From NCBI GenBank assembly GCA_965263355.1, contig CBDHHL010000056.1:640001-704000 (forward strand): a stretch of 64,000 nucleotides of DNA, given 5' to 3'. The notes beneath the pieces are model-generated. The model made no database searches. It was not told where the DNA came from and worked only from the letters and a program-made list of their open reading frames with translations. Every line of letters starts with the position of its first letter. Positions within the stretch are counted from its first letter, which is position 1. The translations under genes were made by a program, and so were the position numbers. Source of the stretch: Leptolyngbyaceae cyanobacterium. Lineage in GTDB: Bacteria; Cyanobacteriota; Cyanobacteriia; Phormidesmidales; Phormidesmidaceae. Of this stretch, positions 29,201-38,409 are shown in pieces.

Positions 29201-31665
29201 AAGCCTGTTTGAGGTTGGTAGCTGACGGGGCCTAGAAGGACCGGATCAAACGCGATCTGATTGACCCCAAAGTCTTCTAGCAGAAGTGTGCCGTCAAATT
29301 TAGGATTGCTCAAGGTGCCTACCAAGCGTCCATTCGATAATGAGGCAAAGCCATTCAAGGGCACAGGACCTGGTAATACAGCTAGAGGATAGCGTTGGGC
29401 ATCTAGCTCAAGGGAGAAGCCACGAATGCCCTGGAACTGATTGCCATCAAACTGAGGAGAAATTACCCCTCGGGCCTGGAGCTGAGCACTATTAGCCTGC
29501 TCGATCAACAAGTCTTGCCCAGTCCAGGCAAACTGACTAGTCAGGGGTGCATCAAACCCAGCTAACTGGGGGGATAAACCGGCCAATCCGGCGGAGAAAT
29601 TTAGGTTGCCCCGGCCCCGCAGATCTACCAGGGTGCGAGCATTGATGTTTCCCTGCACGCTGACAGTGCCGCTAGTATTACCGCCTAGCTGGGAAGCAAA
29701 CTGGTTGAGGCCAATGGCAGTGAGGATAGCATCCGTTTGCCAATCGCCGTTGATCAGTTCTGCTTTCCCCTGGATCGTCCCCTCGGTTAGCTGCAGCCTG
29801 TAGTTTCCCATGGCTAACAGGGTTTCTAGGGTCATCCCTTGGAGCGGACCTGCCAGAGCCACATCGGCGTTAAGATTACCAGCTGGACCATTCTGGGCAA
29901 ATGCCCGTAAATCAATATTGTTAGCTCCAATATCGGCTTGCCAGCTATCGGTGCCAACCTTTCCTGTGCCAGTTAGGGTGCCTGCCCCTACCTGAACCAG
30001 TGCTTGGGGAATGGATAGTCCGCCGTCAGCAAAAACTGCTGTGGCCTTGGCTGGATAAAATTGTCCACCGTAGGCCAGGGTAGGCGCTTGCACATTAATC
30101 CGGGCTGCTAATGTGTCAGGGTTGCCAGTGATCGTTGCGCTGGCCCCTACCACACCTAACGTGACAGGTAACTGCTCCACGTCGTAGAGGGCTGTGAGCG
30201 CATCCCCCGATATATTGCTAACTTGAGCTTTGAAGTCCAACTCTGGTGGGCCATCTGGCAAGTTTGCCAGGTTTAGAACTCCATTACCAGTAAGCTGACC
30301 TCCCAGTTCCGGTGTAGCGCTGAGCTGGGTAACCGTGATTTGATGAAACAGTTCCTCAATGGTCTCTGCGGCTAACACCACATTAGTATTGAACTCATTG
30401 AGCACCACCCGATCAACGACAACAGGACCAATGGCTGCCACATCGGCAGACAATGTGGGTTGCAAGAGTGGTCCTGTAATGGCGATGTTGCTATCAAAAA
30501 CACCGCTAAGGGCAATGGGGGAATCAACCTCAGAACGCTCTAGAAGCTGTTCGAGGTCCACATCTGCCACCTGGGCCCTCAGATCATAGTCACCCTCCCA
30601 GTCAATGGTGCCGGTGGCAGTGGCGGTTAGATCTTCGTAGCTGCCCCTGGCTCGATCAATTGTGATAGCCGTGCCTTTAAATCTGGCAGTGGCATCAATA
30701 TTTTCAACAGTATTTCCCCAGGGGCCAGTGTTTGGTAATGAAGTTAGCTGGAGTTGACCATTGTCAACACTGCCTTGACCGTCCACAGTGATGGACTGCT
30801 CAGGCAGAAAGGTTACTGTCCACTGACCGCTAACGCGGCCAGCCGTTGCTGCAATTGGTAAATTTTGCTGCCCCATGGTTGGTAGCAGAAAGGCCATGGC
30901 TGTTTCAGCGGCGACGCCTTTTCCCTCAATGCCTAATCTGGTGACGTACTGAATCGGCTGTTGACTGTCGCCAGAAGCCACGGGATCTACAGCAACCGTG
31001 ACGTCTAAATTACCGCCTTGGGGAGGTGTGGCAATGGCATTCACCTCTACCCGTTGACTGTCTTGGTTATTGACCTTGACCGGAGCGATCGCTACGGTGC
31101 CATTTACCCCATTGACTACCAGGGGCATTGGTACCGTCCCCTCTGCTGGCAGTGGCACCAGGGTCACCTGGCTATTAACCACATCAATATCGTCCATCCG
31201 CACCTGAATAAATGGATCGTCGACGGGCTCAAATGTGGGCACATCAATACCTAGCCAGCCCTTATCCGGGTGCTGCTCTATATAGCCGTTGGCCCCAATT
31301 AACCGTAGATCAATCTCCAGCTCTCGCTGGAACAGGACTTGCAATGTACTAAATTTGACCTCTACGGCGTCTGCGGTGGCGTAGGAGGGATCGGTTGCCG
31401 TTGCGTTAAGTTTAGACGGCCCCACTCGCACACCATTAAGGGACAACCTTTCCAGCTCGCCCAGCTCTAACTCTCGCTCTAGTAGAGCAGACAGTTGTTT
31501 TTCCAGTAGCGGTGTCAGCCCTCTATTGATAAATATCCAAGCACCAAGGGCGACTGCTGAACCAATGAGCAGGGTACTTGCCCCTAGGGAAATGGCTACT
31601 AGTTTCCAAAAGCGACGACCTCCAGAAGGTCTATCTGAAGGTCTATCTGTATTTGGCGAAGTCAT
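26236..31665 (-). CDS. tamB: Translocation/assembly module TamB (DUF490 / Tic236-like)
   Basis: 1809 aa, N-terminal TM anchor, repetitive beta-strand body, DUF490-like C-terminus ending LEFETRF. Confidence 0.88.
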   Translation of the reverse strand: MTSPNTDRPSDRPSGGRRFWKLVAISLGASTLLIGSAVALGAWIFINRGLTPLLEKQLSALLERELELGELERLSLNGVRVGPSKLNATATDPSYATADAVEVKFSTLQVLFQRELEIDLRLIGANGYIEQHPDKGWLGIDVPTFEPVDDPFIQVRMDDIDVVNSQVTLVPLPAEGTVPMPLVVNGVNGTVAIAPVKVNNQDSQRVEVNAIATPPQGGNLDVTVAVDPVASGDSQQPIQYVTRLGIEGKGVAAETAMAFLLPTMGQQNLPIAATAGRVSGQWTVTFLPEQSITVDGQGSVDNGQLQLTSLPNTGPWGNTVENIDATARFKGTAITIDRARGSYEDLTATATGTIDWEGDYDLRAQVADVDLEQLLERSEVDSPIALSGVFDSNIAITGPLLQPTLSADVAAIGPVVVDRVVLNEFNTNVVLAAETIEELFHQITVTQLSATPELGGQLTGNGVLNLANLPDGPPELDFKAQVSNISGDALTALYDVEQLPVTLGVVGASATITGNPDTLAARINVQAPTLAYGGQFYPAKATAVFADGGLSIPQALVQVGAGTLTGTGKVGTDSWQADIGANNIDLRAFAQNGPAGNLNADVALAGPLQGMTLETLLAMGNYRLQLTEGTIQGKAELINGDWQTDAILTAIGLNQFASQLGGNTSGTVSVQGNINARTLVDLRGRGNLNFSAGLAGLSPQLAGFDAPLTSQFAWTGQDLLIEQANSAQLQARGVISPQFDGNQFQGIRGFSLELDAQRYPLAVLPGPVPLNGFASLSNGRLVGTLSNPKFDGTLLLEDFGVNQIAFDPVLLGPVSYQPQTGLMVDLDGKSGPVTPDGLADGIAISFQPRDFAFDVSWQGAQATGRTDGDLLRASLQNLPLQALGLPAVERLGGGFKGTLSSQGEWVVDLNRQTLVGGVFIDQPGLGYLNGQQLTGQIAYRDRYVFVDQGELIFNACSGQLETNSRPLPSYCGAEQVADSVYQFNGNLQLETLAYNAKVDVENGDVKDILTALAIIDLEDLIQTFQSPTWLANQPAPADIPEVLATQSTGNADATLLDQLRRLAEIQKIQDQVALAEEQNPIPPINQLQGRFDATVRLSGQPQQLPEIVFDVDGQDWTWTRDFVADRVIAQGQLSNGNLTLQPVRLETALPPDADGNPQLAFVNLAGNLSLVEQDSSSLQLVAEQLPVAAVRDIFNLPIGLQGRLNSIANFSGGLDNPTVRGDIILADGSINNQPIAKAGGLFLYENARLILQGELLQVNNPQPLTLVGDIPYAFEFMKVKPANDSISLSLDVADEGLALLNALNSQVLWESGKGQVSLEIGGSLSNPTVSGSMEVQDAVLRSPLLPDPLTNFSSSVVFENDQINVKQLQGTYSNGQLRAAGSFPLAYPFIIDGPRLALLGADAFNGSNIGTPITPSTPNEEDGTVITSETIPGEADESSIVHSSGALTVTLNDIDLDLRGIYRGGVEGKIVVGGSLLLGPQLGGVVELKNGRLFLPEGNNNAVSPAVPEISPFVPRFENLKITLANNIQIQQSNLLNVLAQGDLNITGPLRPFGAIQPTGTIRLRSGQINLLTTTFRLAGRNNTARFIPERGIADPLLDIQLRTSVAETQQNNVVEATTFASSSEVADNSIDPFQSTTGLETIRIRASYKGSTSNLLESLFLSDISDAVIEFSSSPPRSRQEIVNLLSGSYVAALQSGQGVLNFFGGALLNSLQDFIGRTLNLSEFRLFPVTSSSRFSSDENSGSTLDIATEVGFDITDNVTFSLVKILTDNTPTEFNLRYRLTDEFTIRSTTNFDDRNRVLLEFETRF

Positions 31666-31741
31666 GGGGGCATGGAACTATGTTCGCGACTACTCTAGCA
31701 AACTTCCATGGTGAGGAGAGGCAAGGCGTGTCCGACGTGAT

Positions 31742-32506
31742 TTAACCCAGTCGGTATCCAAAACCACGGACGGTTTTTAAATATTTTGGTTTGCTGGGAT
31801 CTTCTTCAAGCTTTTCGCGCAACCAGCGAATATGGACATCCACTGTCTTATTGTCGCCCATAAAGTCATACCCCCAAACACGATCAATAATCTGATCGCG
31901 AGACCATACTCGACGGGGACGCCCCATAAACAGCTCTAGAATTTTGAATTCCTTGGGTGATAGATTGAGCTCTACATCATTAAGGAATGCCCGACACTCG
32001 TTGGGATGCAGGGTAATGCCTTCAAACCTGAGGGCAGAACTGTCTTCGGACTTAGCTTTGGATTTGTAGCGGCGGAGTAAGGCCCGACAGCGAGCGATTA
32101 ACTCACGCATGCCAAAGGGTTTAGACAGATAATCATCAGCGCCTACTTCTAGGCCAACGACTCGATCCATTTCTGTCCCCTTAGCACTCAGGATCAAAAT
32201 AGGCACATCCAGCCCCCGGTGTCGTACCAACCGACATAGATCGAGACCATTCATCCCCGGTAGCATCAAGTCTAGAATCACCAGGCTAATATCTGGAATA
32301 GCATCTTTACTGCCATCCACTGACCCCAGTAATTTTTCCAATGCCGTTGGCCCATCGGCAGCGACAACTATTTCAAACCCTTCTTCAGCTAAGGCCAGTG
32401 CTACCGTCTCTCTGATTAGCTCTTCGTCTTCGACAACTAAAACCCTTCCCAAACCTACCCGCAGCGAGGACTGGATAGGAGCTAGTCCGCTAGAAACCAT
32501 AGCCAT
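31742..32506 (-). CDS. OmpR/PhoB-family response regulator (SphR-like)
   Basis: REC (LVILDLMLP) plus winged helix (LSPKEF, DNKTVDVHIRWLREKLE, TVRGFGY). The N-terminal extension resembles cyanobacterial SphR. Confidence 0.85.
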   Translation of the reverse strand: MAMVSSGLAPIQSSLRVGLGRVLVVEDEELIRETVALALAEEGFEIVVAADGPTALEKLLGSVDGSKDAIPDISLVILDLMLPGMNGLDLCRLVRHRGLDVPILILSAKGTEMDRVVGLEVGADDYLSKPFGMRELIARCRALLRRYKSKAKSEDSSALRFEGITLHPNECRAFLNDVELNLSPKEFKILELFMGRPRRVWSRDQIIDRVWGYDFMGDNKTVDVHIRWLREKLEEDPSKPKYLKTVRGFGYRLG

Positions 32507-32825
32507 ATGTATTATGTCGCCCTTATTACCTCTATGGTTGGATTCTATCAGGGATGTTGCAACCGATAACTCTGTTTAATCGGATCATTTGCCGTAAATT
32601 TAGCTACACAACTCAGCCAGCAGTACAAACTCCAAGCATTGCTACAGCAGGTTATTGGCCTCAATAATCAGACCAAAACGGTCATGGAAGGTTAACCAAG
32701 TTTTTATCTTCTTAAAATCTTTATAGTGTTCTCACCCATGTAAATACACAGTCGGCATAGCTAAATAATCAGCTAAATACCCCTTGACCAATTTGCCCCT
32801 ATTACTGGTCTGTCAGTCTGTCAAG

Positions 32826-33105
32826 TTAGTGGTCTGTCAAGCCTAAGGTTTCGGATAGGCAGGTAAAGATTAAAGAACTTCAAGGGGGTATCCACTCAAG
32901 CCGGGAAATTCTGATTAAGTAGGAATCTAGAATCCAGGAGCCAGAATTTAGAAGGGATATGGCTTCTGCCTCCTGACTTCTGACGTCTATCCTTAGGATA
33001 CTTCCCGCTTTAAGTTGTTACCCCTTCAAGGGATTAAGAGTCACTCTTTACTCTTCACTCTTTATCAGTAACCAACCCAAATTTTTAGCGTTGACGCTGC
33101 ACTAG
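32826..33105. mobile_element. MITE family A copy 2, interrupted by a nested element
   Basis: TTAGTGGTCTGTCAAGCCTAAG ... AAGAGTCACTCTTTACTCTTCA ... TTTTTAGCGTTGACGCTGCACTAG is colinear with 26107-26234 once 32885-33024 is removed. Confidence 0.75.
32885..33024. mobile_element. MITE family B (140 bp) with 6-bp target-site duplication TTCAAG
   Basis: TIRs GGGGTATCCACTCAAGCCGGGAA / TTCCCGCTTTAAGTTGTTACCCC; TTCAAG at 32879-32884 and 33025-33030; internal heptamer repeats. Confidence 0.75.
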
Positions 33106-34601
33106 GACCATTGGTGCGTTGCTCGACCATAGAGTTCGGTGAGTGTGGTTAGGTGATGACAAAGGGTATTGCTGAGCATGGCAGCATCAAATCGCCATTC
33201 CCAGTTGCCCTCTGCTAATCCGGGGGTATTCATGCGGGCTTCTGAACCTAGGCCCAGCAGGTCCTGTAGAGGAATGATGGCTAGGGTGGCGATGGACGAT
33301 AGCGCTAGCCGGATCATCCCCCAATGGACTGACTCTGGATTTAATGCGCCCACAAATGTTGCCAACCGGTGCTTTTCGTAATCATTGGCGGTGCCATACC
33401 AGCCCAGGGTGGTGTCGTTGTCGTGGGTACCTGTGTAGATGACGAAGTTGCGATCGCAATTAAACGGTAGGTAGGGATTACGATGATCGGAGCCAAAGGC
33501 AAACTGCAGGATCTTCATCCCTGGAAACCCAAACCGGTCTCGCAGAGCCTCAACTTCGGGGGTAATAATGCCAAGATCTTCCGCTAGAAATGGGAGTTTG
33601 CCCAACACCGCTTCAACCCGTTCAAACAGTGCTGCCCCTGGTGCTTGAACCCATTGTCCATGGATGGCCGTTTGTTCCCCTTCAGGCACGGCCCAGTAAG
33701 ATTCAAACCCTCGAAAATGGTCAATACGAATGTGGTCTACATAGGACAATGAAGTTTTAATCCGTTTGAGCCACCAGTCAAACTGAGTTTTTTCCAGCAC
33801 CTCCCAGTTGTAGGTAGGATTACCCCAAAGCTGACCCGTTTCACTGAAATAGTCCGGGGGTACCCCAGCCATTTCTGAGGGCATCAGCGTCGCCGGGTCG
33901 ATCATAAAGTTCTCAGGAAATGCCCATACATCCGCACTGTCATGGGCGACATAGATGGGCATATCCCCAACGATCTGGATATGCCGCTCATTGGCATAGG
34001 CCTTCAGGGCAAACCATTGCCGACAAAACTCAAACTGCAGAAACTTTTGCAAAAAGACAGCATCGGCTAACTTATCGCGCCAGGTCTCCAGGGCTGCTGG
34101 GTCCCGTTTGGCAAGCGCTTGATCCCATGAACTCCAACTCAAACCATGGTTGGCTTCCTTCAGGGCCATAAACAGACTGTAGTCATCTAGCCAAAATGCC
34201 TGGGCCTGACAAAACTCCTGAAACTCTTGCGACTGGTCAGGTTGAAATGCCTGGGCAGCCCGTTTTAGCAAGCCCAACTTATAGGGAATAACCCGCTCGT
34301 AGTCCACCCGCTCAGAGGGAAACTTCGGTACCTCTGTCAGGTCTGCCGTATCCAATAATCCCTGTTCTACCAAACCATCCAGACTGATCAGCATGGGATT
34401 GCCTGCCATCGCTGAATAGCACATATAGGGGGAATTACCATGCCCCGTTGGTCCTAAGGGTAAAATTTGCCAAAGCTGTTGTTTTGTTCTGACTAGAAAG
34501 TCAATAAATTCATAGGCCGTTTGCCCTAGATCTCCAATGCCATGGCGACTGGGTAGCGACGTCGGATGAAGTAATATACCACTAGCTCTAGTAAACGACA
34601 T
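33102..34601 (-). CDS. malQ: 4-alpha-glucanotransferase (amylomaltase, GH77)
   Basis: RASGILLHPTSLP, GVPPDYFSETGQLWGNP, RIDHFRG, AEDLG, YTGTHDN. Start taken at MSFTRASG. Confidence 0.95.
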   Translation of the reverse strand: MSFTRASGILLHPTSLPSRHGIGDLGQTAYEFIDFLVRTKQQLWQILPLGPTGHGNSPYMCYSAMAGNPMLISLDGLVEQGLLDTADLTEVPKFPSERVDYERVIPYKLGLLKRAAQAFQPDQSQEFQEFCQAQAFWLDDYSLFMALKEANHGLSWSSWDQALAKRDPAALETWRDKLADAVFLQKFLQFEFCRQWFALKAYANERHIQIVGDMPIYVAHDSADVWAFPENFMIDPATLMPSEMAGVPPDYFSETGQLWGNPTYNWEVLEKTQFDWWLKRIKTSLSYVDHIRIDHFRGFESYWAVPEGEQTAIHGQWVQAPGAALFERVEAVLGKLPFLAEDLGIITPEVEALRDRFGFPGMKILQFAFGSDHRNPYLPFNCDRNFVIYTGTHDNDTTLGWYGTANDYEKHRLATFVGALNPESVHWGMIRLALSSIATLAIIPLQDLLGLGSEARMNTPGLAEGNWEWRFDAAMLSNTLCHHLTTLTELYGRATHQWS

Positions 34602-34729
34602 GGTTAATAGATAGAAATAGCAATTAGATAAGGCTTTAACAACGTATTGGGCGTTAACCAAAGCCAATTGACTTTAGCATGGTTGCTCGATGCAATACCG
34701 TCCTATTACAGACACTCCGAGTTTTCCCT

Positions 34730-35152
34730 ATGGCCTATCGTAATCCTGCACCCACCGTTGACATTATTATCGAGCTAATTGATCGGCCCCATCGCCCAAT
34801 TATTTTAATTGAGCGTTTAAATCCGCCCTTAGGCTGGGCTATTCCCGGTGGTTTTGTGGACTACGGGGAGTCGGTGGAAACGGCTGCCATACGTGAGGCC
34901 AAAGAAGAGATTGGCCTGGAGATTAAATTGCTAGAGCAGTTTCATGTGTACTCTGACCCCAGTCGAGATCAGCGTAAGCACACGATTAGTATTGTATTTC
35001 TTGCTACAGCAGTCGGAGAACCGATAGCAGGGGACGATGCGATCAACTTCAAACTATTTGAACTCTGGGAATTACCTGATAATCTTTGTTTTGATCACAA
35101 CAAAATTTTACAAGATTACTGGCACTATCGACATTATGGTAAGCGACCATAA
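34730..35152 (+). CDS. NUDIX hydrolase
   Basis: [24 protein letters not shown]udix box. Confidence 0.92.
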   Translation: MAYRNPAPTVDIIIELIDRPHRPIILIERLNPPLGWAIPGGFVDYGESVETAAIREAKEEIGLEIKLLEQFHVYSDPSRDQRKHTISIVFLATAVGEPIAGDDAINFKLFELWELPDNLCFDHNKILQDYWHYRHYGKRP

Positions 35153-35370
35153 CCTTTGCCTACCCGTCCTTTTACGCGTTTAACGTCGTTTCGAGAACGA
35201 AAAATTAGTTTTGCTCCATTAATTTCAATATTTTAGATAATCTTAAGTGGACAGTGTTCTTCCTTAAAATGTCTGTGCAAAGTAGTATCTTAATCTTTTG
35301 AAAAAAGATTGGATTTGGGGCTTGAAGCCACTCTTTGCCCTATTCTGCCGTGCGACTATGTGGATGTAAT

Positions 35371-36573
35371 ATGCGCTCCCGGACTGACATTTTGGCGATC
35401 TTTTCCACATTTATCCAGTTCACGGGGGACCGGTTTGCTGCATGGGTATCTGACCCGCGTCTGGCCAGGACCATGCAGCAGCTATTGCAAAGTAATCAAG
35501 CTGCTCGATCGGAAAATTTTTGGGCATTGCATTGGTTTCGCTTACGGCAGCAGCATCCCCAAGCCATTGGTCATTTGTGGGCCTATTTACAGGAACCTTG
35601 TTATTGGGCGGCAGAACGGATTACCCGTCGCTTTCCCATGGTGCAATGCTCCTTAGCTGATGGGTTTCAGATTGCGATCGCTAATGTAGACCGTATTCTC
35701 AAAGGCTACAACCCCGACTACGGCAGTAGTCTCAAAGCCTATGCGCGCACTGCCTTTGGTAACTATCTGCGGGATCAGCTACGCCAAAGCCATGCCATCA
35801 ACATCAGTAGTGACTGGGGTCTGCTACGAAGACTCAGTAAGACTCAATTAAAACAGGCATTGCTAACGGGCGGATTTGTCCGCACGGAGCCTTATATCTT
35901 GCTTTGGCAATGCTTTAAAGCCGTTTGTCCCCCTGAACCAAGCAAATTAGCTCGGGGATTATCTGCCCCGAGCGAAGCGCAACTAAACGCTATTATTGAG
36001 CATTACAATCAGGGTCACCCCAACCTAAAATCAGCCCCTGAGGTTGTCAACATAGGTACAGACATGGGGACAAATCAGCTGAGGGTGGAACTGGCCCAGT
36101 TAGCCACCATTGTCAGAGCTTATTTAACCCCTGCTGTAACCTCCCTCAATCATCCCCAGTATGATGACTCTGCTGAAGAGCAACAGGACACCCTGTCTGC
36201 AGGCGATACCCCGATGACGCAGCTACTCGCTAGCGAAGCCTACACCGAACAACAACAGATGCTACAACGCATTGGAGTCATCCTAAAAAATGAGCTGCTA
36301 AATCTAGATGCTGCCAACAAAACATTATTAGCGCTCTATTATGGACAAAACCTAACCCAGAGTGAAATCGCCAAGCAGCTTAATATTCAACAATATCAAG
36401 TGTCTCGCAAACTTAGGCAAATTCGTCAGCGACTATTGCTCTCGATTATTATCTGGGGTCAAGAGACATTGCATATCCCAACCGAAACTGCCGTACTTGG
36501 TAATGTTAGTGAAGTGATTCACGAGTGGTTACAGCGTCACTATTCGCTAGAACCATCAGAGGTATCTGAATGA
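35371..36573 (+). CDS. Cyanobacterial sigma-70 family sigma-factor-like protein
   Basis: HLWAYLQEPCYWAA, SDWGLLR and C-terminal region-4 HTH (LTQSEIAKQLNIQQYQVSRKL). Confidence 0.8.
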   Translation: MRSRTDILAIFSTFIQFTGDRFAAWVSDPRLARTMQQLLQSNQAARSENFWALHWFRLRQQHPQAIGHLWAYLQEPCYWAAERITRRFPMVQCSLADGFQIAIANVDRILKGYNPDYGSSLKAYARTAFGNYLRDQLRQSHAINISSDWGLLRRLSKTQLKQALLTGGFVRTEPYILLWQCFKAVCPPEPSKLARGLSAPSEAQLNAIIEHYNQGHPNLKSAPEVVNIGTDMGTNQLRVELAQLATIVRAYLTPAVTSLNHPQYDDSAEEQQDTLSAGDTPMTQLLASEAYTEQQQMLQRIGVILKNELLNLDAANKTLLALYYGQNLTQSEIAKQLNIQQYQVSRKLRQIRQRLLLSIIIWGQETLHIPTETAVLGNVSEVIHEWLQRHYSLEPSEVSE

Positions 36574-37703
36574 GCGTATTATTTGACAACCCCGTACAGC
36601 CTGTGTTGGCAATGCCAGCCGATTTGGGCCAGTGGGAACGCACTGCATCTATGTCAGACCCAGCTGTGCGCTGGCGGATTTATTTGCACCAATTAGGCCT
36701 AAAGGCCATCATGTCATGGTTTCAAGAAGAATTTGATCAGACCATTCGCCCATGGCCCTATGCTGCTCCGTTTGATTATTGGCACATTGTTGATGGATTA
36801 AGCCTAACGTTAGGTGAAAGCCGCATTGTAGTCATGCTCTCTGAGGTGATCGAGGCAGCAGAACTTATCGTTCCCCAAGAATGGATTGATCTGTCTGGTT
36901 TATCTGCAGACTATTACATTGCTGCTTACGCTGATGTGGATAAACAGCAGTTAGTACTGTGGGGTTATACCACCTACGGTGAGCTTAAGTCTCAAGGTGA
37001 TTACGATGCCTCTGAACGCACCTATTGCCTTAGGGATACAGACCTGACCCAGGATTTATCTGCTTTTTGGGTGGCCCAACAAATGAGTCAACTGTCATCT
37101 GGGCCAATGAACCAGTTAAGTCCACTATCAACTGTTCAAGCTGAAAGTTTGATACAAAATTTGGCCAAGTCTTCTAAACCACGACTGTTGCTGCCATTTA
37201 GTCAATGGGGTGCTCTTTTGAGTAGTGACCACTGGCGACAGCAGCTATATCAACAGCGACAAACTAATGCTCCTGTCAGCATAGAAGACTGGCTGGAACA
37301 AATTTTTGAACAAGGTTGGTGCACGTTAGAATCATTACTTCCTCAGACGCCAGCTTTGCAGTTTCGATCAGCTGTTAACAGTGCGGCTGTTCTTACCTGT
37401 GGCAAAAAGATTTTCCTAAATACTGCACCGGATGATCTGTTGCTGATGTTTAGTGTGGATATCGAGGCAAACAAACGCCGCAATATCCGGATTCAACTCT
37501 ATCCATCGAGTGACACTCTGCTGCCGAATAATGTGATGTTAGCCTTGGAAATGTCGGAAACTGGAGAATTACTCAAATCTGTAAAAGCTGGGGACCATGA
37601 TGACTATATTCAAATTCCGCCATTTCGTTGTTCGGCGGGTCAACGGTTAAGGGTGCATATTCAACTTGCCGATAGTATTTGTCAAGAGGATTTTATTAGT
37701 TAA
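36570..37703 (+). CDS. DUF1822 family protein (putative anti-sigma partner)
   Basis: VPQEWID, ADYYIA, LWGYTT, YDASERTY motifs. ATGA overlap with the sigma gene. Confidence 0.8.
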   Translation: MSVLFDNPVQPVLAMPADLGQWERTASMSDPAVRWRIYLHQLGLKAIMSWFQEEFDQTIRPWPYAAPFDYWHIVDGLSLTLGESRIVVMLSEVIEAAELIVPQEWIDLSGLSADYYIAAYADVDKQQLVLWGYTTYGELKSQGDYDASERTYCLRDTDLTQDLSAFWVAQQMSQLSSGPMNQLSPLSTVQAESLIQNLAKSSKPRLLLPFSQWGALLSSDHWRQQLYQQRQTNAPVSIEDWLEQIFEQGWCTLESLLPQTPALQFRSAVNSAAVLTCGKKIFLNTAPDDLLLMFSVDIEANKRRNIRIQLYPSSDTLLPNNVMLALEMSETGELLKSVKAGDHDDYIQIPPFRCSAGQRLRVHIQLADSICQEDFIS

Positions 37704-37812
37704 GCATTTGCATCATTTCACATAGCCTTACACAAGCATTAAATAGACTTTCCTGGCAGCCCACATCAGACTAGTAGGTCTACAGAATAGACATCAAATA
37801 TAGGTATATTCT

Positions 37813-38409
37813 ATGAAACCTATTTTTACTAGAGGTCGGCTAGTCACCTGGAAAGAAGATAAGGGCTTTGGCTTGATCAAAGCCAATCATGGCGGTAAGG
37901 ATGCTTTTCTGCATATTAGCGTTTTGCCAGAAAATAGCCGTCCCCCCAAGGTTGGAGATACTATTCTGTATCAGCGCATTACTACACCCAAAGGAAAAGT
38001 CCGCGCCACAAAAGCATCCATTATTGGGATAAAACCTCAAGCGCCAAAACCTCAAGCGTCAAACCTCAAGCGCTACAGATTTGGAAAAATTGGCCGAATT
38101 GAAGCCTTGGCTACTGGATTTGGTCTAGCTGCCATTACGTTGGTTATTTTGGCGTTTAGCAATCATCGTTCCCCTGATTTAATTAAAGCTATTTTCAAAT
38201 CGAGCTGCACCCTTAAGGGCAACATTTCTACTAATAGGGGTAACAAGATTTATTACCTACCAGATGCGGATGATTATGAAATTACTGTTATCAGTTCAGA
38301 ATTCTGTTGGCAAAACGTTGTCTACAGGTCATCAGATGATAGCTGTGCTTTTTCCATTAGAAAGTCTCGAATGGTGGCATCTTCGGTAAGGCCAATGGCA
38401 CGAACATAG
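37813..38409 (+). CDS. Cold-shock domain membrane protein, C-terminus apparently truncated
   Basis: GRLVTWKEDKGFGLI, FLHIS; one TM; KGNIS...KIYYLP domain breaks off and the ORF runs 88 bp into the convergent gene. Confidence 0.7.
   Translation: MKPIFTRGRLVTWKEDKGFGLIKANHGGKDAFLHISVLPENSRPPKVGDTILYQRITTPKGKVRATKASIIGIKPQAPKPQASNLKRYRFGKIGRIEALATGFGLAAITLVILAFSNHRSPDLIKAIFKSSCTLKGNISTNRGNKIYYLPDADDYEITVISSEFCWQNVVYRSSDDSCAFSIRKSRMVASSVRPMART

Noticed and set aside
32680..32725. Autoregulatory Pho box upstream of the SphR-like gene
   Set aside because: Only one good octamer (GTTAACCT, minus strand); neighbours are off-period.
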